Assembly (NCBI GenBank): GCA_027022775.1
Contig: JALVXO010000105.1
Location: 1 to 43,812, forward strand
DNA: 43,812 nucleotides
Reading direction: 5' to 3'
From: Campylobacteraceae bacterium
Lineage (GTDB): Bacteria > Campylobacterota > Campylobacteria > Campylobacterales > Sulfurovaceae
Below are positions 8,526 through 17,889 of this stretch, piece by piece. The notes below the pieces were generated by a model. It had not been told where the DNA came from, searched no databases, and was given only the letters and a program-made list of their open reading frames with translations. The position numbers and the translations under genes were made by a program. Every line of letters starts with the position of its first letter. Position 1 is the stretch's first letter.

Positions 8526-10177
8526 TATTTTACATCAGAAATAATGTTTTCCGCAAAAACTGTTTTTTCCAGTTTTTTTATAGTTTCATATAGCAGATTT
8601 TGATTCGGTTTTAACTCTTTAACCAAAGCATTTTTGCCTTTTAATAGATAGTCAAATTTTCTGGGCTCTTTTAAACTGGCACACTCTTTAGTATAAATTT
8701 TTGCCAAAAACCAAAAAGCCAAAAAAGGCTCTTCAAAGCTGTTTAAGACATTTGCGCTGAACTCTTCAAAACTGTTAAAGCCGCTCGTTTCAAACTCTTC
8801 TATAATAACTTTTAAAATTTCGTTCAACTTTCTTAATGGAACAGCCCAGTAAATCAATCTTGCACCTTTTTTGCCCAGAGTATACTCTCCGCCTAAATAA
8901 ACTCTTACTCCAAACTCTTTTGGACCGTAAAGATTTGTTCTTATTCCGACAAACCCAATATCGCTAAAATAGTGTCGCCCGCACCCTTTAAGGCAGCCGC
9001 TGTAGCCTACTTTTATGCTGTAACGGTTAATTTTTTCTAAATTTAAAAAGCGGGCTTTTTCTTTTGTGTCAAAAAGAGAGAAAAAGCAGTATTTGCTGCC
9101 TGCGCAAACCAGAATATTTTGGTTGGCACTCAACCCTTTAAAAGGAGTTTTTGGCTCTTCTAAACCCAGGATATGGATATTTTGATCTATGCCCAGACGT
9201 ATTTCTAACCCTTTTTTTTGTGCAAAATCAATTATCTCTCTTAATTGCTTCGGCTCTATTTCACCAAAAGCGGTTTTATATCTAAAACTGTATTTATTAT
9301 TTTTCAATTCGGTAAAATCACCTAAAATCTCTTTTTTAAATTGCAATTTTCCTGCACTTTCAAATTCAAAATCGCAAAACTGCTTCATTTTTTCTTTTAA
9401 GCCGTTTACTCCTAAACTTTCTATCAGATAAAAAAACCTCGCTTTTGTCCGTGAACCTCTATTTCCATATTTTAAATAAGTTTGAATAACGGCATTAAAA
9501 ATATGAACAACTTTTTCTTTTGGAACAAAAATATCCATATCTCTGGCAACTTCACTGTTTTTGCCGCCAAGATAGAGGTTAAAACCTGCCCTGCCCTCTT
9601 TTTCTGCCAGTGCAAAAAGGCAATCATTGCCAAAAAATGATTCGCTTACAGATTTTGAACCCACAATTGCTGTATTGAATTTTCTGGGAATCATTCCTAC
9701 CCAGCCTCTTTTTTTTAAAAATAGATTCTGCATCTGTAAAATAAGCGGATAGCACTCTATTACAGAGTCATTTGCCGCTCCATCTAAAGGGTCTGTTACA
9801 ATATTTCTAAAATTGTCTGTAAGTGTCTGCCAAGAACTTAAACCGCTGTTTTGCACCATTTTATAAGCATCTAAAATATTGTGCACAGCCAGTTTTTGCA
9901 ACTCAATTTGCGCTCTTGCAGTTATTAAAATTTTTGCATCAAATTTTTCTGCAATTTTTAAAACCTCTTCTAATTTTTGCAAAGAGATTCTGCCGCCTCC
10001 AACCCTGATTCTTAACATAAATTCATCCGCTCTCTGGCTGTGGGTATAGATACCGAAATTTTTAAGATAAAACCTGTCGCTCTCTTGCAAATTGGCAAAA
10101 TCTATTTTTTCCAGTCTCGGCTCATAATCAGCAGGTTTTAAACCGGCTTTTAGTTTTTCTATTTTATTCAGTTTCAT
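8525..10177 (-). CDS. Nitrite/sulfite reductase family hemoprotein (siroheme-[4Fe-4S] type)
   Basis: 550 aa. It has the characteristic Cys pattern CAGSKYC (Cx5C) followed by CLKGC (Cx3C), and duplicated NiR/SiR ferredoxin-like halves. Confidence 0.75.
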   Translation of the reverse strand: MKLNKIEKLKAGLKPADYEPRLEKIDFANLQESDRFYLKNFGIYTHSQRADEFMLRIRVGGGRISLQKLEEVLKIAEKFDAKILITARAQIELQKLAVHNILDAYKMVQNSGLSSWQTLTDNFRNIVTDPLDGAANDSVIECYPLILQMQNLFLKKRGWVGMIPRKFNTAIVGSKSVSESFFGNDCLFALAEKEGRAGFNLYLGGKNSEVARDMDIFVPKEKVVHIFNAVIQTYLKYGNRGSRTKARFFYLIESLGVNGLKEKMKQFCDFEFESAGKLQFKKEILGDFTELKNNKYSFRYKTAFGEIEPKQLREIIDFAQKKGLEIRLGIDQNIHILGLEEPKTPFKGLSANQNILVCAGSKYCFFSLFDTKEKARFLNLEKINRYSIKVGYSGCLKGCGRHYFSDIGFVGIRTNLYGPKEFGVRVYLGGEYTLGKKGARLIYWAVPLRKLNEILKVIIEEFETSGFNSFEEFSANVLNSFEEPFLAFWFLAKIYTKECASLKEPRKFDYLLKGKNALVKELKPNQNLLYETIKKLEKTVFAENIISDVK

Positions 10178-10228
10178 TTGATTAGTTTAACATTTTTAGA
10201 TAAAATTCAAAGCCACAAAGGATAAGCT

Positions 10229-11113
10229 ATGAAGTTTTTAAATTTTACATTGCTTCAAATTTACCAATATTTAGAAAAAAATTTAAAAAATAAGGGTTTA
10301 GTTACCATTAAACTGCCGCTAAAAGTTATAGAAAACGAAACATACAGTATCAAAGACTGGGCAGATTTGGCAGAAATTTTTGAAGCCAGACTTTTAATTC
10401 CAAAAATCGATAGCGGCTTTATAGAGCTGCAATTTAAAAAATTAAATACCAACAACTCTTTTCATAATCAAAATGTAAAAAATAAAAGAGAAAAATATGG
10501 CTCCAAATCCGGATTTTGGAAAATAAAAAAACATAACCGCCCCTATTTTCTGCACAGCTTCAAACAGGCTTTGGAGTTTGCAGACTTTAAGAAACGCAAA
10601 AATATTTTAAATTTGGGAATTAACAGGGGCGATGAGTTTGAATTTATAAAAGAATTGGCAAAAGATGAGTTTAAAAATTTAAATTTAACAGGTGTTGACC
10701 ATTCAGAAAGCGCAATAGAGTTTGCAAAAAAGAGTTTAAATTATCCAAATTGCAAATTTTACTGCCACGATATTTTAAAATTAGAACAGCTCAATCTGCC
10801 AAAACAGGATTTAATAATTTCAATAAGCACTCTCCAAAGCCCCGATATTAATTATAAACTTTATTTAAGCAGGCTTTTGCAAGAGTTTCTTTCACCAAAT
10901 GGAGCGCTAATTATTGCTTTTCCAAACGGGCGCTGGCTAGATAACACACTGATATACGGAGCAAAAGTTAAAAATTACAGTTTTAGCGAACTTGGAGTTG
11001 TCTGCAGCGATATTGTATGGATTAAAAAATATCTTCAGCAAAAAAAATTTAAAGTTATTGTTACCGGCAAAGAGTACCTTTTTGTAACAGCCGTTAAAAA
11101 AATGCTGTTTTAA
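10229..11113 (+). CDS. Putative class I SAM-dependent methyltransferase
   Basis: 294 aa. It has a degenerate motif I (ILNLGINRGDE), an acidic residue after beta-2 (TGVDHSE), then DLIISISTLQ and PNGALIIAFP. It is divergent from the reductase-like gene. Confidence 0.5.
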   Translation: MKFLNFTLLQIYQYLEKNLKNKGLVTIKLPLKVIENETYSIKDWADLAEIFEARLLIPKIDSGFIELQFKKLNTNNSFHNQNVKNKREKYGSKSGFWKIKKHNRPYFLHSFKQALEFADFKKRKNILNLGINRGDEFEFIKELAKDEFKNLNLTGVDHSESAIEFAKKSLNYPNCKFYCHDILKLEQLNLPKQDLIISISTLQSPDINYKLYLSRLLQEFLSPNGALIIAFPNGRWLDNTLIYGAKVKNYSFSELGVVCSDIVWIKKYLQQKKFKVIVTGKEYLFVTAVKKMLF

Positions 11114-11118
11114 GCTAC

Positions 11119-11134
11119 TATTGGGTATAATTGC
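11119..11134 (+). promoter_or_regulatory. Candidate -10 region (ATTGGGTATAATTGCG) for ctc-pth-lpt
   Basis: TATAAT sits at 11126-11131, 30 nt before ATG 11162. The context is shared with 7353-7368. Confidence 0.4.
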
Positions 11135-11161
11135 GGCTCAAATTTTACTTAAGGAAACAAA

Positions 11162-11698
11162 ATGTTAGAAGGTATCATTAGAGAGAGTATCGGCAAGAGC
11201 AATGCTAAAAAACTTCGCCGAGATGGTTATCTAATTGCGAACATTTACGCTAAGGACGTAGAGAATGTTCACTGCGCATTTAAACACGGAGAATTTGTAA
11301 GAACAGTAAGAAACAAAGAGTCTCTTGCATTTCCTGTAAAAGTGGGCGGCAAAGAGTATAATGTTGTTGTTCAAGAGTATCAGCTTCACCCAGTTACCGG
11401 CATGATTTTGCATGTTGACTTAAGAGTTGCGCTTCCAGATACAGTAAGCGATTATTTGGTGCCGATTGAAACTACAGGAACACCAAAAGGTCTTAAAAAC
11501 AAAGGTGTTTTGGTTATTACTAAAAGAAGGGTAAGAGTTAGAGGAAAAATAGAAGATATTCCAGCAAAAATTGTTTTAGATGTAACCGATTTAGATAAAA
11601 ATGAATCTATATTAATAAGAGATATGGAAGCTCCTGCTAACTGCAAGCTTATGGATAAACCGCATGTTTCTGTATGTGGTGTAATTAAAGCGAGATAA
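11162..11698 (+). CDS. rplY: 50S ribosomal protein L25 / general stress protein Ctc
   Basis: 178 aa. Conserved blocks include RESIGKSNAKKLRRDGYLIANIY and QEYQLHPVTGMILHVDL. Confidence 0.9.
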   Translation: MLEGIIRESIGKSNAKKLRRDGYLIANIYAKDVENVHCAFKHGEFVRTVRNKESLAFPVKVGGKEYNVVVQEYQLHPVTGMILHVDLRVALPDTVSDYLVPIETTGTPKGLKNKGVLVITKRRVRVRGKIEDIPAKIVLDVTDLDKNESILIRDMEAPANCKLMDKPHVSVCGVIKAR

Positions 11699-12264
11699 TG
11701 AAATTAATAGTCGGATTGGGCAACCCCGGCCCGACATACAAAAACAACCGCCACAATATCGGCTTTATGTCTGTCGACAAACTTCTTCAAGATTTATCTG
11801 CTGCGGATATTTCAAACAAAAAATTTATGGGCGAACTTTATAAAGCCGGCGATCTGCTGCTTCTTAAACCTCAAACTTTTATGAATTTATCTGGTAAAAG
11901 CGTGCAGGCTGTTGCATCTTTTTACAAGATAAATCCGGATAATATTTTGGTAATTCATGACGAGATAGATTTGCCTTTTGGAGCTGTGCGAATAAAAAAA
12001 GGGGGCGGAAACGGCGGGCATAACGGTTTAAAATCTATCGATGCTTTAATAACAAAAGAGTATAATAGATTGCGTCTTGGGGTTGGCAAACCGGAACGCA
12101 AAGAGATGGTTGCAAGCTATGTCTTAAGCGATTTTAGCAAAGAGGAACAGCCTCAGCTTGAAAAGTTTATAAATTACGCTGCAGAGGTTGCAAAAATGTG
12201 GCTTAAACTGCCTCTGAACGAACTGAAATCAAAATATTCCAAAAAAGATATAAACCAGATATGA
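11698..12264 (+). CDS. pth: Peptidyl-tRNA hydrolase
   Basis: 188 aa. Motifs: LIVGLGNPGPTYKNNRHNIGF, and GGNGGHNGLKSI in place of the usual GGHNGL block. The start overlaps the ctc stop (TAATG). Confidence 0.95.
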   Translation: MKLIVGLGNPGPTYKNNRHNIGFMSVDKLLQDLSAADISNKKFMGELYKAGDLLLLKPQTFMNLSGKSVQAVASFYKINPDNILVIHDEIDLPFGAVRIKKGGGNGGHNGLKSIDALITKEYNRLRLGVGKPERKEMVASYVLSDFSKEEQPQLEKFINYAAEVAKMWLKLPLNELKSKYSKKDINQI

Positions 12265-13316
12265 AAGCATTTTTTTACCTTGCCAGGCAATATTTTAAAA
12301 GTTTTTTAATTGTTGCTTTCGGATTGACTTTTGCTGCAACTTTAATAGATTTTATACAATATTTTGGAGATATAGAAGGAACAAATAGGAGAATACTCTA
12401 TTTCTACTACACTTTTTGCGATTTTTTTCTTTTTATATACCCAATAGCGCTGGTTTTTGGAGCAATTATCGCATTTTCCAATCTTGTTTGGAGAAACCAT
12501 CTCCTTGCTCTAATGAGTTTTGGCTACGATAAAAAAAAATTAATAAAACCGTATATAGCAGTTTTTCTTTTGGTTTACTTTACTGTTATAGCATTAAATT
12601 TTACAAAATTTGCTTACAGCGGGGATAGCGCACGGGCAATTTTGGATAAAAGAGAACTTTTTAAATCTCTTAACAAAATTTTTTTTAAATATAATAACAG
12701 TTTTGTTTTTGCAGAAAAAATGGATGTTGCAAAAAAAGAGTTTGATAATGTTACTCTCTATATCAAAGATAAAAACCATTTAAAACAGATTTTGCACTTT
12801 AAAAAAGCTAATTTTAAAAATGGAAAATGGATAGCTACCAATATTAAAAAAAGAACTTTAGAGTACAATAACAGCGTACCTGTCGGCTATAAAACCGAAT
12901 ACATCAATAAAGAGGAAATACTGCGGGGATATTATCCAAAGGTTGTACGGCTGCTTTACGAAGGAAAAAGAATGAGCATCGATGACGGCATTAAGGCTTT
13001 AATTCTTTTAAAACAGCAAAATATCGACAGCTCCAAAGTTAAAGCCTCTCTATATACAAAAATTATAATGCCTCTTTTTGCACCTTTTTTAATGATGATA
13101 ATATTTGCCTATCTTCCGCTGCATAAACGGTTTTTAAGCAGAGCTGTATATCTGCTTTTGACAATGGGGCTGACATTAATAGTCTGGACAATTTTATACA
13201 GTGTAAATATGTTAAGTGTAAACGGGGTAATAAACCCCGATTTTGGACAGCCTTTAATTATAATTCTGCTTTTTGCCGCCACAGCTTATATTTGGGTTTG
13301 CAAAAAAAATATTTAG
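12261..13316 (+). CDS. LptF/LptG (YjgP/YjgQ) family LPS export permease
   Basis: 351 aa with three N-terminal TM helices, a periplasmic beta-jellyroll-like middle and three C-terminal TM helices. It has an ATGA overlap with pth. The ctc-pth-lpt order is typical of Campylobacterota. Confidence 0.75.
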   Translation: MKAFFYLARQYFKSFLIVAFGLTFAATLIDFIQYFGDIEGTNRRILYFYYTFCDFFLFIYPIALVFGAIIAFSNLVWRNHLLALMSFGYDKKKLIKPYIAVFLLVYFTVIALNFTKFAYSGDSARAILDKRELFKSLNKIFFKYNNSFVFAEKMDVAKKEFDNVTLYIKDKNHLKQILHFKKANFKNGKWIATNIKKRTLEYNNSVPVGYKTEYINKEEILRGYYPKVVRLLYEGKRMSIDDGIKALILLKQQNIDSSKVKASLYTKIIMPLFAPFLMMIIFAYLPLHKRFLSRAVYLLLTMGLTLIVWTILYSVNMLSVNGVINPDFGQPLIIILLFAATAYIWVCKKNI

Positions 13317-13355
13317 TTTAACCCAAATTTTGCTTTTATAAATGCAAGCATTCAA

Positions 13356-14951
13356 TTACTTGCAAACTTTTTTAGATGATGATTTTATCTTTTTAATCAT
13401 TTTATTTAAAGCTTTTTCATTTACTTTAATTTCACTGTTTCCATTTGTAACTTCGTATAAAATTTTCACCATCTCTTCTATTTTGTCATCTTCCATAATA
13501 TGAGGATATAAAATGCTCAATGCCTCTTCGTAACTGCCGTAAAGCTTTTTATCCATACTTTTTAATTTTTTCTGTTTTATATACTTTGGAATGTAATAAG
13601 TGCCTAAAATACCAACTAGCAATCCAAAAACAAGAGCTAAAACTATACTTACCAAAGAGTATTTGCCGCTATTGGAATACAACCTTTTATAATACTCTTT
13701 ATCCATTACAATATTTTCTATTTTATTAACAACCTTTTTTACACTTTTAGCTTTTTTAAGCTCTTCTTGCGGCTCTGGTCTGCTATTATGGCTGTTTAAA
13801 ACGCTTAAAATAGATTTGCTTCCTTTAACTTTTATATCTATAGGTTTGCTTTTTAAAGTATAAGTTTTTTTATTGTTATAATTAAATGCAGTCAATGTTA
13901 TAGAAGGTATTGTATAATCTTTATTCCCTATTAAAACATATTTTTTAGAATAAATACTGTAAACCTTTCCATTTTCATAGCGGTGTTCAATATTTGAATC
14001 TTTGCTGTAAACTGTAATATTGCCAATATCTATTTTAGGGTCATCTATATTATCTAAAATACCCTCGCCCTCTATTGTTAAAGTAACAGTAACTGGCTTA
14101 TTGATTTTTGTCTCTTTTTTATCTACAGCAACATTAATTCTGTAATTGCCAATCAAATCTGCAGCCGGTGGTTCTAAAACATCTATTTTTACAGAATTTG
14201 TTTTTAAAGTTATCCACTCCAAGTCTGCACCAAAAAAGCTGAAAGGACTCTGTGCCTGTGCAGCAGTTACCTGCAGCCCTATCTTTGCAACTGCAGGTTT
14301 TATAATAAATTTGCCGCTGTTTTTTGGCAATAGCTGATATGTAATATCTTTTGCAACACTGTCTCCCAAATTTGTAACTTTGCCGTCTCCAAGAGTAGAA
14401 ACTTCAAAACCTTTAAATTGAGGCGGCGTATATTCTATATTTGCCCCGCTTGCATTAACAGGTTCTATTAACTGAACTGTTACAAAAAAAGGTTCTCCTA
14501 TATAAACCTTTTTTTTAGAACTTTTCATTTTAAAAATAAAATCGCTGTTGCTTTTTTTAACCTTTTTAGGCGCTACTGTTATTTTAAAACTTTCTGTTTT
14601 ATACTCTTTTCCGTCAATTTTAATTGTATAAGATGGTATCTGCACACTTTTAAACGGGGTAAAAGTATAAATTTTTGCTTTTATAATAACATCTGTTTTT
14701 TGTCCGTTATAATTAATTGCAGCTGCAGTCTGTGTAGAACGGCTCTCTTTAATTCCGTAACCTGCTATATTTTTAATATCCGGAAACTCAATTATCTGAT
14801 TTTTAAAAGCAGTGGCTTTTAGAATTATTTTAGCATCATCTCCGCTCTCTATAACTTTCTTTACCGCTTTTGCAGAAACTGTCGGAAGCTTTGCCGACAA
14901 TATGCCTGTAAATAAAAGCATATAAGTTATTATTTTAAATATTTTTCTCAT
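13356..14951 (-). CDS. batD: BatD-like oxygen-tolerance protein (secreted, with a C-terminal TM anchor)
   Basis: It is the last gene of the Bat operon. I place the start at ATG 14951 (MRKIFKIITYMLLFTGILSA signal peptide) after AAGGGG. The ORF could extend to 14972. A TM helix sits near residue 440. Confidence 0.7.
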   Translation of the reverse strand: MRKIFKIITYMLLFTGILSAKLPTVSAKAVKKVIESGDDAKIILKATAFKNQIIEFPDIKNIAGYGIKESRSTQTAAAINYNGQKTDVIIKAKIYTFTPFKSVQIPSYTIKIDGKEYKTESFKITVAPKKVKKSNSDFIFKMKSSKKKVYIGEPFFVTVQLIEPVNASGANIEYTPPQFKGFEVSTLGDGKVTNLGDSVAKDITYQLLPKNSGKFIIKPAVAKIGLQVTAAQAQSPFSFFGADLEWITLKTNSVKIDVLEPPAADLIGNYRINVAVDKKETKINKPVTVTLTIEGEGILDNIDDPKIDIGNITVYSKDSNIEHRYENGKVYSIYSKKYVLIGNKDYTIPSITLTAFNYNNKKTYTLKSKPIDIKVKGSKSILSVLNSHNSRPEPQEELKKAKSVKKVVNKIENIVMDKEYYKRLYSNSGKYSLVSIVLALVFGLLVGILGTYYIPKYIKQKKLKSMDKKLYGSYEEALSILYPHIMEDDKIEEMVKILYEVTNGNSEIKVNEKALNKMIKKIKSSSKKVCK

Positions 14952-14965
14952 GCCGTTCCCCTTTG

Positions 14966-15616
14966 CTACCATGGATTGCCGTTATCTTTACCATCTTTTG
15001 TATCAATTTTATACATTAATACAGGAATTTTTTTATTTTTAAAACTTTTTTTAATCATCTTTTTAATCTCTTTTTGCAATTTGCTGTTTTTATCTTCTTT
15101 TTTGATTTTTTTCTTTTTAGCAGCTTTTTTCTTATTTTTCTTTTTGGATTTTTTATTTTTCTTTTTTTGTTTTTTCTTCTTTTTTTTCTTTTCTTTAGTT
15201 TTTTCAGGCTTTTTTAACATCTCTTTTGCAAGCATTAAATTATATTTTGCATCATCATCGTCCGGGTTGACTTTTAAAGAGAGAGCATAAACAATTGCCG
15301 CCTCTTTATATTTTCCCAATTTAAAATATGCATTGCCCAGGTTATAAAGCCTGCTGTGCTCGTCAACCCCCTCTCCAAAAGCTCTTTTGTAATATTTAAT
15401 CGCTTCTTTATAATTCCCGCTCTTGTAATAGAGTGTTGCCAAATCATAATTTTTAACTGCACTGTTAATATTTAACTGTTTCAATATTTTTATAGATTTT
15501 TCATAATTTCGGTTTTTATTAGACTCATTCAGCTGTGACACTTTTATAAAATCAAGCAATCCGCCGTTTAAAAAGCCAACTGCCGCTGCTGCCAAAAAGA
15601 GGACTCTTACTATCAT
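14966..15616 (-). CDS. batC: BatC-like TPR protein with an extreme poly-lysine segment
   Basis: 216 aa with a signal/anchor, TPR repeats (YDLATLYYKSGNYKEAIKYY, YNLGNAYFKLGKYKEA), then 28 Lys in 41 residues. Confidence 0.7.
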   Translation of the reverse strand: MIVRVLFLAAAAVGFLNGGLLDFIKVSQLNESNKNRNYEKSIKILKQLNINSAVKNYDLATLYYKSGNYKEAIKYYKRAFGEGVDEHSRLYNLGNAYFKLGKYKEAAIVYALSLKVNPDDDDAKYNLMLAKEMLKKPEKTKEKKKKKKKQKKKNKKSKKKNKKKAAKKKKIKKEDKNSKLQKEIKKMIKKSFKNKKIPVLMYKIDTKDGKDNGNPW

Positions 15617-16590
15617 TCCCTGCCCCTTTTTTCAAAAGTCGGCACCGACACAAAAGCGGCCAGCAAAAATACTAAAGCCGCAATAATAAAGTAATAAAAC
15701 AGCTGCACCCTATCTTCTATTTTTACATATTTGCCGCTATTAGTTGCATGGAATTTTGTTTTAATCTCTTTTGCCAAATTGTAAATTTTACTGTTGTCAT
15801 AATCTGCAATTATATAATCTCCCCCGCTCTCTTTAGCTATTTTTCCTAAATATTCATTAACTTTGCTGTAAACCGGATTATAATTTACAAGCAGCGGCCT
15901 GTTCTTTTCGTCAAGTACCATTGCACCCTCTTTTGTTCCAGTTAAAACGGCATAAAGAGTAATGTTTTCACTTTTAATAATTTTCTCAAACTGCAATAAA
16001 TCCCTTTTTTCTGCACCGTCGCTGAAAATTACAACAATTTTCTCTTTTTTATTATGCAGCTTCTTTTTTAATACATTTGCCAAAGCTGTAAAGTTTGACG
16101 AGCTTAAAAGATACTCATCGGTAATACCGTCTAATACATCTGTAAGCGTCTGTTTATCGGTTGTAAAAGGTGAAACCAGAAAAACATTTTTAGAAAAAGT
16201 TATTAGCATAATTTCATCTTGCGGCAGCTCTTTTAACATCTCTTTTATCTTGATTTTAGCAAAATTAAGCCTGTTTGGATAAACATCTTTACACCTCATC
16301 GAAGCGGAAATATCCAAAGCAAAAGTCAAACTGATGCCGCTTAATTTAATATTTTTTTCTCCTCTGTCTATATAAGGACCGCTTGCTGCTATTATCATAA
16401 AAAAGATAGAGATAAAAAATATAACATTTCTTGCTCTGCTGCTTAAGGTATCCCCCTCTATCTTAATATGTTTTAAAGCTTTTTGGGAGAATACACGCTC
16501 AATGCCCTCTTTATTTGTCAAAACCAAAAAGGCAAAAATTATATACGGTATAATCAGCATAATAAATATATGAGGGTAAGTTATACTCAT
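15613..16590 (-). CDS. batB: BatB-like vWA-domain membrane protein
   Basis: 325 aa with N-terminal TM helices, a vWA MIDAS motif (ALDISASM), a C-terminal TM helix and ATGA-type overlaps on both sides. Confidence 0.8.
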   Translation of the reverse strand: MSITYPHIFIMLIIPYIIFAFLVLTNKEGIERVFSQKALKHIKIEGDTLSSRARNVIFFISIFFMIIAASGPYIDRGEKNIKLSGISLTFALDISASMRCKDVYPNRLNFAKIKIKEMLKELPQDEIMLITFSKNVFLVSPFTTDKQTLTDVLDGITDEYLLSSSNFTALANVLKKKLHNKKEKIVVIFSDGAEKRDLLQFEKIIKSENITLYAVLTGTKEGAMVLDEKNRPLLVNYNPVYSKVNEYLGKIAKESGGDYIIADYDNSKIYNLAKEIKTKFHATNSGKYVKIEDRVQLFYYFIIAALVFLLAAFVSVPTFEKRGRE

Positions 16591-17510
16591 TTTGCAATCC
16601 CTCTGACACTTTTTAAATATAAATATACCATAATTAAAACAATCGCGATTATTAAAGTAAAATAGTAATAATATTTATACTGTTTGTATATTTTACCTTC
16701 CACTTTGCTGGTTTCGGTTTTATCTATCTCTTTATATATTTTAGAAAGAGCCTGTTTATCGGTTGCAGAGTAAAACTTTCCCCGTGCTGCATTTGCCAGC
16801 GCTTTTAATTTAGGCACATCCAGATCTTTATAATCCCCTATTCCGATTGTATATAATTTGATATCGCTTTTTTTAAGAATAGCAGCCAAATCTGTAAATG
16901 GAGTTTCACTCATATTATCTACACCGTCAGTTAAAAGTATCACTATTTTGCTTTTTGCATCAGAGTGCTCAATAGAGTATAGCGCTTGCAAAAGAGCATC
17001 ATAAATTGCAGTTCTAGAGCCTACAATTCCTACCTTTTGTTTTTGTATAATATCTTTTAAATACTTTTTATCAAATGTCAAAGGCGAAGCTATAAATGCG
17101 CTGCTGGCAAATGTTATCAGCCCCAGTCTGTCATGTTTTCTGCTGTTTATAAAACTTTTTACAACCTCTTTTACTGCACTAAATTTATCTTTTTTAGGAT
17201 TGTCTGCATCAAATCCTCTCTCTAGCATAGATTTGCTTGAATCTATTACAAGCATAATATCCCTGACCTCTTCTTTTGTATCCTTATAAGTGGTAACCTT
17301 AACCGGAGAAGCCAGAGAAAGAAGCACCAGGATAATTGCTATCCATTTTATAATATCCAGCCACCTGCTTTTTAGCGATTTTTTTCCAATAAGCACTTCG
17401 ATATAAGGAAAATATATCGATGTGGTTTTTGCCGGACATTTTTTAAAGCAAAACCAAAACAGCGGCAAAAGCAGAAAAACATAAGGGTATTCCAAACTAT
17501 AATGACTCAT
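16587..17510 (-). CDS. batA: BatA-like vWA-domain membrane protein
   Basis: 307 aa with a vWA MIDAS motif (VIDSSKSM), LLTDGVDN, and N- and C-terminal TM helices. Confidence 0.8.
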   Translation of the reverse strand: MSHYSLEYPYVFLLLPLFWFCFKKCPAKTTSIYFPYIEVLIGKKSLKSRWLDIIKWIAIILVLLSLASPVKVTTYKDTKEEVRDIMLVIDSSKSMLERGFDADNPKKDKFSAVKEVVKSFINSRKHDRLGLITFASSAFIASPLTFDKKYLKDIIQKQKVGIVGSRTAIYDALLQALYSIEHSDAKSKIVILLTDGVDNMSETPFTDLAAILKKSDIKLYTIGIGDYKDLDVPKLKALANAARGKFYSATDKQALSKIYKEIDKTETSKVEGKIYKQYKYYYYFTLIIAIVLIMVYLYLKSVRGIAK

Positions 17511-17889
17511 CGCACACCTGCAGGTATAAACTAAAATAGTTTAAAGTTTCTTTATCTATATCTTCAACTTCTGTTTTATATTTATATCTGTCCAGCCTTG
17601 TTCTTAACTGGTTAAAAATTTCTACCCTTCTTTTATCTTTTGCTAAAAGCTTGCCATATTTAGTTGCATCATACGCAGCTTTTTTAGGATTACTCCAGTC
17701 GATATTGCGCAGCTTATAAAGATAGTATTTAGGGCACTCTATTTTACAGTTATCCAATACATAACTATAGACTGCTTTATAAGCTTTATACCCGATAATC
17801 AGCCCGGCAATAACAGTTGCTGCCAATATCCATAAAGAGTGTTCTTGTATCTCTATAAACGGTTTGATATCTTTTATTTCTGGAATCAT
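17497..17889 (-). CDS. Small single-pass membrane protein (DUF4381-like Bat operon member)
   Basis: 130 aa with one TM helix (LWILAATVIAGLIIGY). Its position between DUF58 and BatA is as in other Bat operons. Confidence 0.6.
   Translation of the reverse strand: MIPEIKDIKPFIEIQEHSLWILAATVIAGLIIGYKAYKAVYSYVLDNCKIECPKYYLYKLRNIDWSNPKKAAYDATKYGKLLAKDKRRVEIFNQLRTRLDRYKYKTEVEDIDKETLNYFSLYLQVCDESL

Noticed and set aside
14976-15290. A 104-aa plus-strand ORF rich in Phe/Leu
   Set aside because: It is the antisense reading of the BatC poly-lysine tract (AAA/AAG versus TTT/CTT). This is a low-complexity artefact.
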